Origin: Nevskiales bacterium | Lineage (GTDB): Bacteria; Pseudomonadota; Gammaproteobacteria; Nevskiales; JBOICV01 | NCBI GenBank assembly: GCA_050740255.1 | Contig: JBOICV010000164.1 | Span: 15,035 to 79,034, forward strand | DNA length: 64,000 bases | Reading direction: 5' to 3' | In this document: in pieces, positions 7,689 to 16,122 of the stretch | Layout: each line of letters begins with the position of its first letter | Numbering within the stretch: position 1 is the first letter of the stretch | Translations under genes and position numbers: made by a program | Notes under the pieces: generated by a model | The model's database searches: none | The model's input: the letters and a program-made list of their open reading frames with translations, nothing else | Told to the model about the DNA's origin: nothing

Positions 7689-8756
7689 CTAGAGATCGGA
7701 CTTGGCAATGACTTCGTCGCAAATCTTGCCAAGATAAGTCACGAACTGGCCGAACATCGCAAAACGCTGGTCGGTCACTTGCTTGTGGTAGTAGCGGTAG
7801 TAAATCTGCTGGGCAATCACCGCCAGGCGAAACAAGCCAAACACATAGTAGAAATCGACATTCTCTACTTTGACTCCCGTCTGTGCTGCGTAACGCGCGA
7901 CCATTTCCTTGCGCGTCAGCATGCCGGGCAGATGAGTCGGGCCCATGCGCGACAGTTGCAAGGGCGCCGGATCGTTTTTTTCGACCCAGTAGGACAGGGT
8001 GCAGCCAAGGTCCATCAAGGGATCGCCCAGCGTAGTCATTTCCCAGTCGAGCACGCCGATGATTTGCAGCGGGTTCTCTTGGTCGAGCACCACGTTGTCG
8101 AATTTGTAATCGTTGTGGATGATGCCGATATAGCCTGAGTCGCCGGGCTGTTTGTCCTGCAGCCATTGCATGATGGCTTCGCAACCGGGCACATCGTCGG
8201 TCTTGGCTTTGCCGAAGCGCCCCATCCAGCCTTCGATCTGCCGCTTGACGTAACCCTGCGGGTGTCCGAAATCCGCCAGCCCCGCCTTGACGTAGTCCAC
8301 TTTGTGCAGCTTGGCCTGTAGATCAATCAGATTCTCGCAAAGCTGGCGACATTGCGCCGTCGTAAGCGGCATGTCCTTGGGCAAGTCCTTGCGCAGCACT
8401 ACGCCGTGAAAGCGCTGCATCAGATAAAACGGGGCGCCGATGACGGACTCGTCTTCGCAATACGCATAGGCTTTCGGCGCCTGCGCGAACAGCGGCTGCA
8501 GTTTCGACAGCACGCGGAATTCGCGGCCCATATCGTGCGCGCTCCTGGCCTTGGTGCCCGGCGGCGGGCGTCGCAGCACCATTTCGGTATTGCCGACGGT
8601 GACCAGATAAGTGAGATTGGAATGCCCACCGGGAAACTGTGCGATGGAAATGGCGCCCTTGAGTTCCGGCAAGGTTTGGCGGACATGGGCTTCGACCTTG
8701 GCGGTATCCAGCTCCTCCCCTTTACGGAACTGCGTCGCGGAATCTTCAGCGGTCAT
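7689..8756 (-). CDS. phosphotransferase (APH/choline-kinase-like) family protein
   Basis: 355 aa. HNDYKFDNVVL catalytic loop and DWEMTTLGDP motif. Confidence 0.85.
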   Translation of the reverse strand: MTAEDSATQFRKGEELDTAKVEAHVRQTLPELKGAISIAQFPGGHSNLTYLVTVGNTEMVLRRPPPGTKARSAHDMGREFRVLSKLQPLFAQAPKAYAYCEDESVIGAPFYLMQRFHGVVLRKDLPKDMPLTTAQCRQLCENLIDLQAKLHKVDYVKAGLADFGHPQGYVKRQIEGWMGRFGKAKTDDVPGCEAIMQWLQDKQPGDSGYIGIIHNDYKFDNVVLDQENPLQIIGVLDWEMTTLGDPLMDLGCTLSYWVEKNDPAPLQLSRMGPTHLPGMLTRKEMVARYAAQTGVKVENVDFYYVFGLFRLAVIAQQIYYRYYHKQVTDQRFAMFGQFVTYLGKICDEVIAKSDL

Positions 8757-8798
8757 GCGGCTGTGTTGTGCGGCCAGGCGGTGGGCCGGGGGCTCAGT

Positions 8799-9488
8799 TT
8801 AGGCCGGGTTGAGCATGCGCTCCACTATCTCGATAACGAAATCCGCATAACGCTCCACGTCCACGCCACGGCTGCGGTACTTGCCGCGCTTGAGATACCA
8901 ATCTTGCAGCATCGCCTTTAGCAGGGCCGCGGTCAGTTGCGCGTCAGTCGCGCGGAACAGGCCCGCGGCTTGCCCTTGCTCGATCAACTCCCGAAACAGC
9001 GTCTCAGTGGCGATCTCCGCCTCTACCGCCTGTTGCCGTTCGGCTGGCGCCAGATTTTTGGCCTCCATATACGAAAAGTAAAACCAGGCGCGCAGAACTT
9101 CCGACAAATATAAGTGCGCGCGGATCGCCGCTCGAAGTTTCTCGCGCGGCTCGTGGAGGCCCTCAAGCTGCCGACTCAGCGTACGCAGCGCCAGTCTGTG
9201 GCCATGCGTCTGAATCAAGGCCACCAGATCATCCTTGCTGCGGATGTATGCATAAAGCCCGCCCAGGCTCATGCCGGTGGCCTTGGCCAGATCGCGCAGG
9301 CTCATGCTGTGAAAGCCCTTCTCATTGGCGAGGGTTAGCGTGGCCTCGATGATGGTGACCAGCTTGGGCACCGCCACCGCTTCGCTCTGCACCTGGAACT
9401 GGGCGCTATGTTCCCGGTAAAGCTCGCGCACGATGCCCTGCATCGTCAGGCCGATGTCGCGCCGGAACTCTTTGAGAGTTCTCGTCAT
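8799..9488 (-). CDS. TetR-family transcriptional regulator
   Basis: 229 aa with an N-terminal HTH (GFHSMSLRDLAKATGMSLGGLYAYIRSKDDL). Confidence 0.9.
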   Translation of the reverse strand: MTRTLKEFRRDIGLTMQGIVRELYREHSAQFQVQSEAVAVPKLVTIIEATLTLANEKGFHSMSLRDLAKATGMSLGGLYAYIRSKDDLVALIQTHGHRLALRTLSRQLEGLHEPREKLRAAIRAHLYLSEVLRAWFYFSYMEAKNLAPAERQQAVEAEIATETLFRELIEQGQAAGLFRATDAQLTAALLKAMLQDWYLKRGKYRSRGVDVERYADFVIEIVERMLNPA

Positions 9489-9497
9489 GTGGTTTCG

Positions 9498-10211
9498 CTA
9501 GCGATAAGTGATTAACGCGGGGTCGGCGGCCAGGTACAGATGCGTGATGTTGTTGAGCTCCAGCAGGTAGTAACCCGAGCGGCGCACCTGTACTCGCGTG
9601 ATGGAAGCGTTGGCGATGCCCCAGTTGACGCGCATGGCCATATCGTCCGACAGCTTCAACGCGGCGCGCACCGCCACCGAAATCGCGCCGCCGGAAGTAA
9701 AGACCGCGACGTGTTCATCCTTGGCATGGCGCTCATGCAAGCGCGTCAGACCGGCTTCAACCCGCGCGACGAAATCCGTCCACGACTCCATCTGGCCGTG
9801 CTCGGAAGTCTCGCCGCGCAACCAGCAGGCGATCATTTGCTCGAAGGCGCGCTGAAACGTACGCCGGTCCTTGAACAGCAGCGTGCGATCGGCCTGCAGC
9901 ATGGCGGCCAGCTCGGCATCCGCCTTTAACGCGGCCGGCAGATAGCATTTGAACAAGCCATTGGCGTCATACTCGTTGAATGCGCTTTCCGTCTGGGGCG
10001 CCGGCATCGCGCCATGGGCTCGCACCGCAATCTCAGCGGTATCCGCCTGGCGCAACATGTCGCCGGAGTAGACGCCGGCAAAACTCAGGCCGAGTCGTTT
10101 AAGATGGCGGCCGGTGACTTCGGCCTGCCGTTGGCCAATCGCCGAGAGGCGGTCATAATTGTCGCCGCCGAAAGAAGCTTGTCCGTGGCGGATGAGATGA
10201 ATATGAGCCAT
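9498..10211 (-). CDS. histidine phosphatase (phosphoglycerate-mutase-like) family protein
   Basis: 237 aa. N-terminal LIRHGQ catalytic motif, with downstream His/Glu in the expected context. Confidence 0.85.
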   Translation of the reverse strand: MAHIHLIRHGQASFGGDNYDRLSAIGQRQAEVTGRHLKRLGLSFAGVYSGDMLRQADTAEIAVRAHGAMPAPQTESAFNEYDANGLFKCYLPAALKADAELAAMLQADRTLLFKDRRTFQRAFEQMIACWLRGETSEHGQMESWTDFVARVEAGLTRLHERHAKDEHVAVFTSGGAISVAVRAALKLSDDMAMRVNWGIANASITRVQVRRSGYYLLELNNITHLYLAADPALITYR

Positions 10212-10260
10212 AAAGCCCTAATGAAAATTTTATCGGTATGTGTAACATATTATTATCGTT

Positions 10261-10290
10261 GATATTTGTCAATATCGAACGAACGTTCGA
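10261..10290. promoter_or_regulatory. candidate operator: two adjacent perfect palindromes in an AT-rich divergent promoter region
   Basis: GATATT-TGTC-AATATC (10261-10276) overlaps TCGAACG-AA-CGTTCGA (10275-10290). They lie between the phosphatase-TetR-kinase-SDR operon (minus) and the saccharopine-dehydrogenase-like gene (plus). Confidence 0.4.
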
Positions 10291-10307
10291 TTGAGATTAT
10301 ATAGGAG

Positions 10308-11369
10308 TTGAACTTGGATAAACGCACCTGGATGATTTACGGCGCTAACGGCTACACCGGCGAGTTGATTGCGCGCGAGGCGAAGAACCGCGGGCTCAAA
10401 CCGATTCTCGCCGGCCGCAGCGGCGACAAACTCGCGCCGCTGAGCAAGGAGCTTGACTTCGAGTGCCGCGTCTTCGATCTGGGCGACGCGGAGCAACTTG
10501 CCAGGAATCTGATTGGGATAAAGCTGGTACTGCATTGCGCGGGGCCTTTTTCCGCCACCAGTGCGCCGATGATCGAGGGCTGTTTGAAGGCCAAGGCGCA
10601 TTATCTCGACATAACCGGCGAGATCAGCGTGTTCGAGCACGCGCAGGCCCAGCATGCACGTGCACGCGAGGCCAATATCGTCGTCTGCCCTGGTGTTGGC
10701 TTCGACGTCATTCCGACTGACTGCGTCGCCGCCGCGCTAAAAAATGCTTTACCGGATGCGACCCATCTCACATTGGGTTTCGATTCAAGCTCCGGCTTTT
10801 CGCCCGGCACCGCCAAGACTTCGGTTGAAGGGCTGGCGCAGGGCGGTCGCGCGCGCGTCAACGGCAAACTCCAGCGCGTGCCGCTGGCCTACAAGACGCG
10901 TCGCATCGATTTCGGCGACGGCGTCAAGCTGGCGATGACGATTCCCTGGGGCGATGTGTCCACCGCTTACTACACGACCGGTATTCCGAACATCGAGGTT
11001 TTTATCCCGGCCTCGCCGAAGCTGGTCAGCATCCTCAAGCGGCTGAACTATATCCGCTGGCTGCTGGGCTTCGGCCCGATACAGGGCTTGCTCAAGCAGC
11101 AGGCGGCTAAACAAAAAGGCCCCAACGCCGAACAGCGCGAACAATTACCGACCTTTGTCTGGGGCGAGGCCAAGAGCGCGGCCGGCGTGACCAAGACCGC
11201 GCGCATCAAAACCGCGAATGGTTACGCGCTGACCGTTACCGGCTCGCTCGCGGTCACCGAGTTTCTGCTGCGCAACGAGGTACGCGGCGGCGCCTATACA
11301 CCGGCCAAACTCATGGGCGCGCAACTGGTGGAGAAACTGCCCGGCAGTAGCGCGCTGGCGCTGAGCTAG
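10308..11369 (+). CDS. saccharopine dehydrogenase NADP-binding domain protein
   Basis: 353 aa with N-terminal Rossmann motif IYGANGYTG. TTG start at 10308 (alternative ATG at 10332). Confidence 0.8.
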   Translation: MNLDKRTWMIYGANGYTGELIAREAKNRGLKPILAGRSGDKLAPLSKELDFECRVFDLGDAEQLARNLIGIKLVLHCAGPFSATSAPMIEGCLKAKAHYLDITGEISVFEHAQAQHARAREANIVVCPGVGFDVIPTDCVAAALKNALPDATHLTLGFDSSSGFSPGTAKTSVEGLAQGGRARVNGKLQRVPLAYKTRRIDFGDGVKLAMTIPWGDVSTAYYTTGIPNIEVFIPASPKLVSILKRLNYIRWLLGFGPIQGLLKQQAAKQKGPNAEQREQLPTFVWGEAKSAAGVTKTARIKTANGYALTVTGSLAVTEFLLRNEVRGGAYTPAKLMGAQLVEKLPGSSALALS

Positions 11370-11388
11370 CGAGCTAAGCGCGCCCCGG

Positions 11389-12321
11389 CTAGCCGGCTTT
11401 AGCCAACATCGTCTCAAGCTGCGCGCTGAGTCCCAGACTACGGGCTTTCTGCCGCAGCAGTTTGGGCTTTACGCCTTGCGTCAGCGCGAACTGTGTCAGG
11501 CGCTGCTGCGCTGACTCGCCCATGCTGTTGATGATCGGCAGCAGCACATCCCACAGGTCTTGCATCTGCACCGCTTTGAGCATGCTGCCCAGCACGGCAT
11601 CGTCCTGCTGCGCGGCGAGGTCCGCCAGTTTTTTGCGGGTCTTGTCGCCGACTGCGGCCATCAGCCCCAGGGCTTCGTCCCAGTAGCCATCGGTATCAGC
11701 GCCGCCACTCGCCGCGGTTTGGATCAGGCTGGCGAGCCGAGCGGGGCTCATGAAGCCGACGATCTGGTCGATGCGCTGTGGCGACTCCAGAAAGGACGCT
11801 ATCTGCAACAGCACGGCGTCGTCATGAATCGCGTGAATGACCGTCTCCAACGTACTGTCGAGCAGATAATCCACAAACCGCGCCATGACCACGAACTCGC
11901 GCCGCTTGATGAGCTCCTGCGCGATGGCGACCACCTGCTCCGCCGGCAGACGTGCGATGACGCCCTTGGCGCTGCGCGGATCCAGTTCGAGGCTCACATC
12001 GGCGAGGAAACCGGTCGGCAGTTTGCGCGCCGTCTCCAGCGCCTGTTCGGCCGGCAGCAGCCCGGCCACACGCGCACACAGCATGGCGCCGAATACTTTT
12101 TCGCCGATCATGGCGTTGATGCCGGCCGGCAGCAGCCGGCTGGCCGCGGCCACGCGCTGCAAACGCGAACGAGCATCATCGAATAACGCGTCCGACATCT
12201 GCTCGCGCAGCGCGCGGATGGCCAGCGGGTCCACCGCCTGCAGGAACTCCAGCTTCTGCGGCGCCAGGCCGAGCAGCCGGCCGAGCTTGACGATCTCCGC
12301 CCGGCCGCCGAGCTGATTCAT
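11389..12321 (-). CDS. hypothetical all-helical protein (last gene of the DUF1302 operon)
   Basis: 310-aa ORF with host-like codon usage. Its ATG overlaps the stop of the upstream 75-codon ORF (ATGA at 12318-12321). No family recognised. Confidence 0.7.
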   Translation of the reverse strand: MNQLGGRAEIVKLGRLLGLAPQKLEFLQAVDPLAIRALREQMSDALFDDARSRLQRVAAASRLLPAGINAMIGEKVFGAMLCARVAGLLPAEQALETARKLPTGFLADVSLELDPRSAKGVIARLPAEQVVAIAQELIKRREFVVMARFVDYLLDSTLETVIHAIHDDAVLLQIASFLESPQRIDQIVGFMSPARLASLIQTAASGGADTDGYWDEALGLMAAVGDKTRKKLADLAAQQDDAVLGSMLKAVQMQDLWDVLLPIINSMGESAQQRLTQFALTQGVKPKLLRQKARSLGLSAQLETMLAKAG

Positions 12322-12545
12322 TTTCTGAAGAGAATCTTTTTTATCGGGATGCGCAGCAGCGCCGGAATAAAGCTGAGCGAGTCTTCCACCGCGCGGTGCA
12401 GCGCCCTGCGCTGACCCGCGCGCGCGTCGCGGTAAGCTTGCAGCAGGATGGTCAGTTGCGCGTCGGGGAGTTGCTCGAATGCGTCCAGCTCAAGCTGCGG
12501 CGACTTCAACTCGCGGCGCAATTCTTCCAGAGCCTGCCTGGTCAA
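12318..12545 (-). CDS. hypothetical small protein
   Basis: 75-aa ORF 29 nt downstream of the RND gene, translationally coupled to the next gene. No family recognised. Confidence 0.5.
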   Translation of the reverse strand: MTRQALEELRRELKSPQLELDAFEQLPDAQLTILLQAYRDARAGQRRALHRAVEDSLSFIPALLRIPIKKILFRK

Positions 12546-12574
12546 GCGTTTCCCTCGGGGCTTGCGGCGGCCCG

Positions 12575-14980
12575 CTACTTCTCGCTCATCGCCGCGTCCG
12601 CGCCCGCGGTCAAGTCCTGGCCCTTATGCTTGAGCTCCTCGTGCGAGAAGAAGTAGGCCAGCGCCGGCAGCACCACAATCGCGCCAATCATGTTCGCGGT
12701 GAAACCGAACACCAGCAGCACGCCCATATCGCGCTGAAACTGCAGCTCGGAGAACAGCCACATGGCGACGCCGGCGGCCAAGCCTATTCCCGTAAACAGG
12801 GTGGCCTTGCCGGTCGAGCGCATTTTTTGATAGTAGGCTTCCTCGAGAGTCAAACCTTTTCGCAGGCCGTCGGCCACGACCGAGTAGCTGTAAATGCCGT
12901 AGTCCACGCCGATGCCGCAGGCAAAGGCCAGCACCGGCAGCGTCGCCACTTTCTGGCCGATGTCCATGGCGACCATCACCGCGTAGCCCAGCAGAGTGAC
13001 CAGCGACAGCGGCAACATGATGCATAGCACGCCTGACAGCGTGCGGAAAGACAGGAACACGAACAGCGTGATCGCGCCGTATACCCAGTACACCACCGGC
13101 AGCTCGTTTTTCTTGACCTCCTCATTGGTCGCGGCCATCACGCCGACATTGCCGGAGGCCAGGCGGAATTTCACGCGCGGCTCCTGGTTCATATTGTCCT
13201 GGTAATGCTTCACCTTCGCGATCAGATCCGTAATGGTTTCAGCCTTGTGATCGCGGGTGAAGATGAACAGCGCCAGCCCGTCGCAATTGTCGTTGAGGAA
13301 GCCGGTGGTGGTCGGCACCAGCGCCGTGGATTGCGCCAGCGCGTATTGATTGCGCGGCAACACCTCGGCGCTCGGGCGGCCTTCGCTTAAGCCCTCATAG
13401 GCCAGCTTGGCCAGATCCAGCAAGGACAGCACGTCGCGCACACCATCCTGGTTGTACATATACCAGGAGAAGCGGTCTATCTCGCCCATGATGCTGTAGT
13501 CAATGCAGGCATCCGGCACGGTTTCAGCGATGACCTTGAGCTGGTCCACGCCCATCGCGAAGTTGCCGGCGACGACGGCTGCGTCCTTGTTGAAGCGCGA
13601 ATCGGGCCGCAGTTCCGGCACGCCTTCGGTGGTGTCGCCGATGCGGACGAAGTGGAGTTGCGTGGCGCCAAACCCGGCCAGCACCGCGCAAATCAGCACG
13701 ACGGTGGTGGCCGGGCCGCGACGGCACAGCACCGCCATCTTCTTGAATACGACATCGCCGAGCCGCTCGCGCAAGGCCTGCGCCTCGCGGAATTTCTCGA
13801 TGTTCGGGATGCGCATGAAGGACAGCACCGCCGGCAGCAATACCTTGTTGACCATGATCACGCCGAGCATGCCGAAGGCCGCGTTCACCGACATCTCGCG
13901 GATCACGTCGATATTGATCAGGTAAATGGTCGAAAAGCCCACCACATTGGCGAGCAGCGCCACCACGCCCGGAATCGCCAGGTTGCGGAAGGTCGCGAGC
14001 GAAGCCTGATAACCGGTCGCGCCCTTGGTGGAGATTTCATTGGCCCAGGAGCTGACGTATTGCACGCCGTGGCTCACCGACACCGCCATGATCAGGAAGG
14101 GCACCAGCAGCGCGAACGGATCCAGGCCGTAGCCAATCGTTTTCAGCAGGCCCAGCTCCCAGATGCAGGCCACACAGGAAGTGGAGACGACGATGATCGC
14201 CATGGTCAGCGAGCCGACGTAAATCCACAGCAGCGCGCCCATCATGAATAGCGCGACGAAGAAGAAGCCGGCGACCTGGATCGACGCGTCGGTCATGTCG
14301 TCCACGACCTTGGCGAAGCCGATGATGTGCACTGAAGTGTTTTCGGTCTCGTACTTGGCGCGGATCTCCTCGAGCTTGTCGCCGACCTTGACGTAATCAA
14401 GCGGCAGGTTGGTCTCGGGATCGTTTTCCAGCAGCTCCGCCGCGATCAGCGCTGCGCTGTGATCCTCGGACACCAGCCGTCCGATCACATTGGCCTTGCC
14501 GACGTTGATGCGCAGGCGCTCCATCATTTCGGGTGTCGGTACGTAATCAGGCGGCACCACGGTGGCGCCGGCCAGGCCGTCCTCGATCACCTCAACATAA
14601 AGAATGCTGGGCGAGAAAATCGAGGTGACGCGTGCGCGGTCCACGCCCGGGATGAAGAACACCTCGTCGTTGACCTCGCGCAGCACTTCCATGAATTCCG
14701 GCTGATAGATGTCGCCCTTGTGGTTTTTGAGCGCGACCAGCACCGTGTTCGCTCCGCCGAAGTCCTTGTAATACTCCAGAAAGGTCTGCATATACGGGTG
14801 GGCCTGCGGCACCATCTTCAGCCAGCCGGCCTGCGGCTTGAGCTGGGCGGCCTGCACGGCGAAGAACACGGTCAGCAGCGCCAGCACCGTCAGCGTGATC
14901 TTGCGGTGCTTGAAAATCGGCGGCTCGACAATCTTGAGAATCGCCCTCGTGAAAGAGGTCTGACGCATCGGTGCGGCCAT
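12575..14980 (-). CDS. RND/MMPL-family transporter (12-TM type with two large periplasmic loops)
   Basis: ORF 12575..15013; start taken at ATG 14980 (MAAPMRQTS..), 10 nt after the upstream stop. Duplicated hydrophobic halves and about 800 aa length are typical of MMPL/HpnN-like RND exporters. Confidence 0.85.
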   Translation of the reverse strand: MAAPMRQTSFTRAILKIVEPPIFKHRKITLTVLALLTVFFAVQAAQLKPQAGWLKMVPQAHPYMQTFLEYYKDFGGANTVLVALKNHKGDIYQPEFMEVLREVNDEVFFIPGVDRARVTSIFSPSILYVEVIEDGLAGATVVPPDYVPTPEMMERLRINVGKANVIGRLVSEDHSAALIAAELLENDPETNLPLDYVKVGDKLEEIRAKYETENTSVHIIGFAKVVDDMTDASIQVAGFFFVALFMMGALLWIYVGSLTMAIIVVSTSCVACIWELGLLKTIGYGLDPFALLVPFLIMAVSVSHGVQYVSSWANEISTKGATGYQASLATFRNLAIPGVVALLANVVGFSTIYLINIDVIREMSVNAAFGMLGVIMVNKVLLPAVLSFMRIPNIEKFREAQALRERLGDVVFKKMAVLCRRGPATTVVLICAVLAGFGATQLHFVRIGDTTEGVPELRPDSRFNKDAAVVAGNFAMGVDQLKVIAETVPDACIDYSIMGEIDRFSWYMYNQDGVRDVLSLLDLAKLAYEGLSEGRPSAEVLPRNQYALAQSTALVPTTTGFLNDNCDGLALFIFTRDHKAETITDLIAKVKHYQDNMNQEPRVKFRLASGNVGVMAATNEEVKKNELPVVYWVYGAITLFVFLSFRTLSGVLCIMLPLSLVTLLGYAVMVAMDIGQKVATLPVLAFACGIGVDYGIYSYSVVADGLRKGLTLEEAYYQKMRSTGKATLFTGIGLAAGVAMWLFSELQFQRDMGVLLVFGFTANMIGAIVVLPALAYFFSHEELKHKGQDLTAGADAAMSEK

Positions 14981-14990
14981 GTGATTTCCC

Positions 14991-16091
14991 CTAGTTGATG
15001 GCGCCGAGATCAACTACGCCGCGCTTGCCGACGCCGATCACGCGTCCGTCCCGCGCCAGCGCACCGGACAGACTGGCATCGGTGGGCAATTTGAGCGGCG
15101 TCAAACTCGCCGCCGCCAGATTGGTCTTCTCGCCCAGGCCGTTGACGCCCACCAGCAATACCTCGCCGTCCGGCAGCTTGGCCGCGCCGAACATGCTCTC
15201 GCTCAAGCCGCCGTTCAGTTGCTGCCAGCCGAGTTGGGTGATGCCCGCCGCATCGCCTGTGGTCAGACGGGCCGCGGGATCAAACGCGGCCACGTCCTGC
15301 GTGGCCACGGCGCCGATATCGGCCGCGACATACACCCGGCCACGCAGACCGTAAACCAGCACGCCGCGCTCGCCCATCGGCACCGCGCCGAACATGCTGC
15401 CGGCGTAGGGCGAGTGCAGCAACTGCCAGTTTTCGCCGCGGTCCGTGGAGGTCGCCAGCAGGCTTTTCTCGCCGGCGATGAACAGCGTGCCGTTGCCAAG
15501 CTGCACAATCGTGTTGAAGTGCTGGCCGAGATCGCCGATCGGGAACTGGCGCAGTTGCCAGTTGGCGCCGCCATCGGCCGTGGCCAGATAAGCGCCATAG
15601 CCGCCGACGGCGATGCCGTTCTGCGCATCGAGCATCAGGATGTCGAACAACTGCCGCGCTTCGGCGTTATGGTGTTGCAGCGCCCAGCTGCCGCCGCCAT
15701 CGTTCGTATGCAGAATGGCGCCGTCGTAGCCGACCGCCCAGCCGCGTTGCGCGTCCAGAAAGCGCACCCGCGTCAGCATGGTGTTGACCGGGGAGGGGAC
15801 TTGTTTCCAGGTCTTGCCGTCATCCGAGATCACGATACTGCCGCGCTGGCCGACCGCGATCAGCCGCTGGCCGGTATCGGCGATATCAATCATGCGGTAC
15901 TTCGCCGCCAACGGCGCTTCGAGCGCGGGCTGCGGCTTGATTGAATGCGGCGGCGGCGGGGCGGCCTCATCGCTCGCCGCTTCCGCCGTCGCTTCGGGCG
16001 GCGGCACAGCGTCCGCCGCTTTCGGTTCTTCGTCTTTGCCGCCGCAGGCGCTCAGCGCCAGCAACAGCATCCAGCCGATGTGCATTTTCAT
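14991..16091 (-). CDS. Ycf48/BNR-like beta-propeller lipoprotein
   Basis: ORF 14991..16211; start at ATG 16091 gives MKMHIGWMLLLALSACGG (lipobox). Repeated ..DGG.SW.. / ..G..W.. propeller blades resemble photosystem-II assembly factor Ycf48 homologues. Confidence 0.8.
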   Translation of the reverse strand: MKMHIGWMLLLALSACGGKDEEPKAADAVPPPEATAEAASDEAAPPPPHSIKPQPALEAPLAAKYRMIDIADTGQRLIAVGQRGSIVISDDGKTWKQVPSPVNTMLTRVRFLDAQRGWAVGYDGAILHTNDGGGSWALQHHNAEARQLFDILMLDAQNGIAVGGYGAYLATADGGANWQLRQFPIGDLGQHFNTIVQLGNGTLFIAGEKSLLATSTDRGENWQLLHSPYAGSMFGAVPMGERGVLVYGLRGRVYVAADIGAVATQDVAAFDPAARLTTGDAAGITQLGWQQLNGGLSESMFGAAKLPDGEVLLVGVNGLGEKTNLAAASLTPLKLPTDASLSGALARDGRVIGVGKRGVVDLGAIN

Positions 16092-16122
16092 GACTGCTCC
16101 CCGGCGAGCATGACTGACTCTC

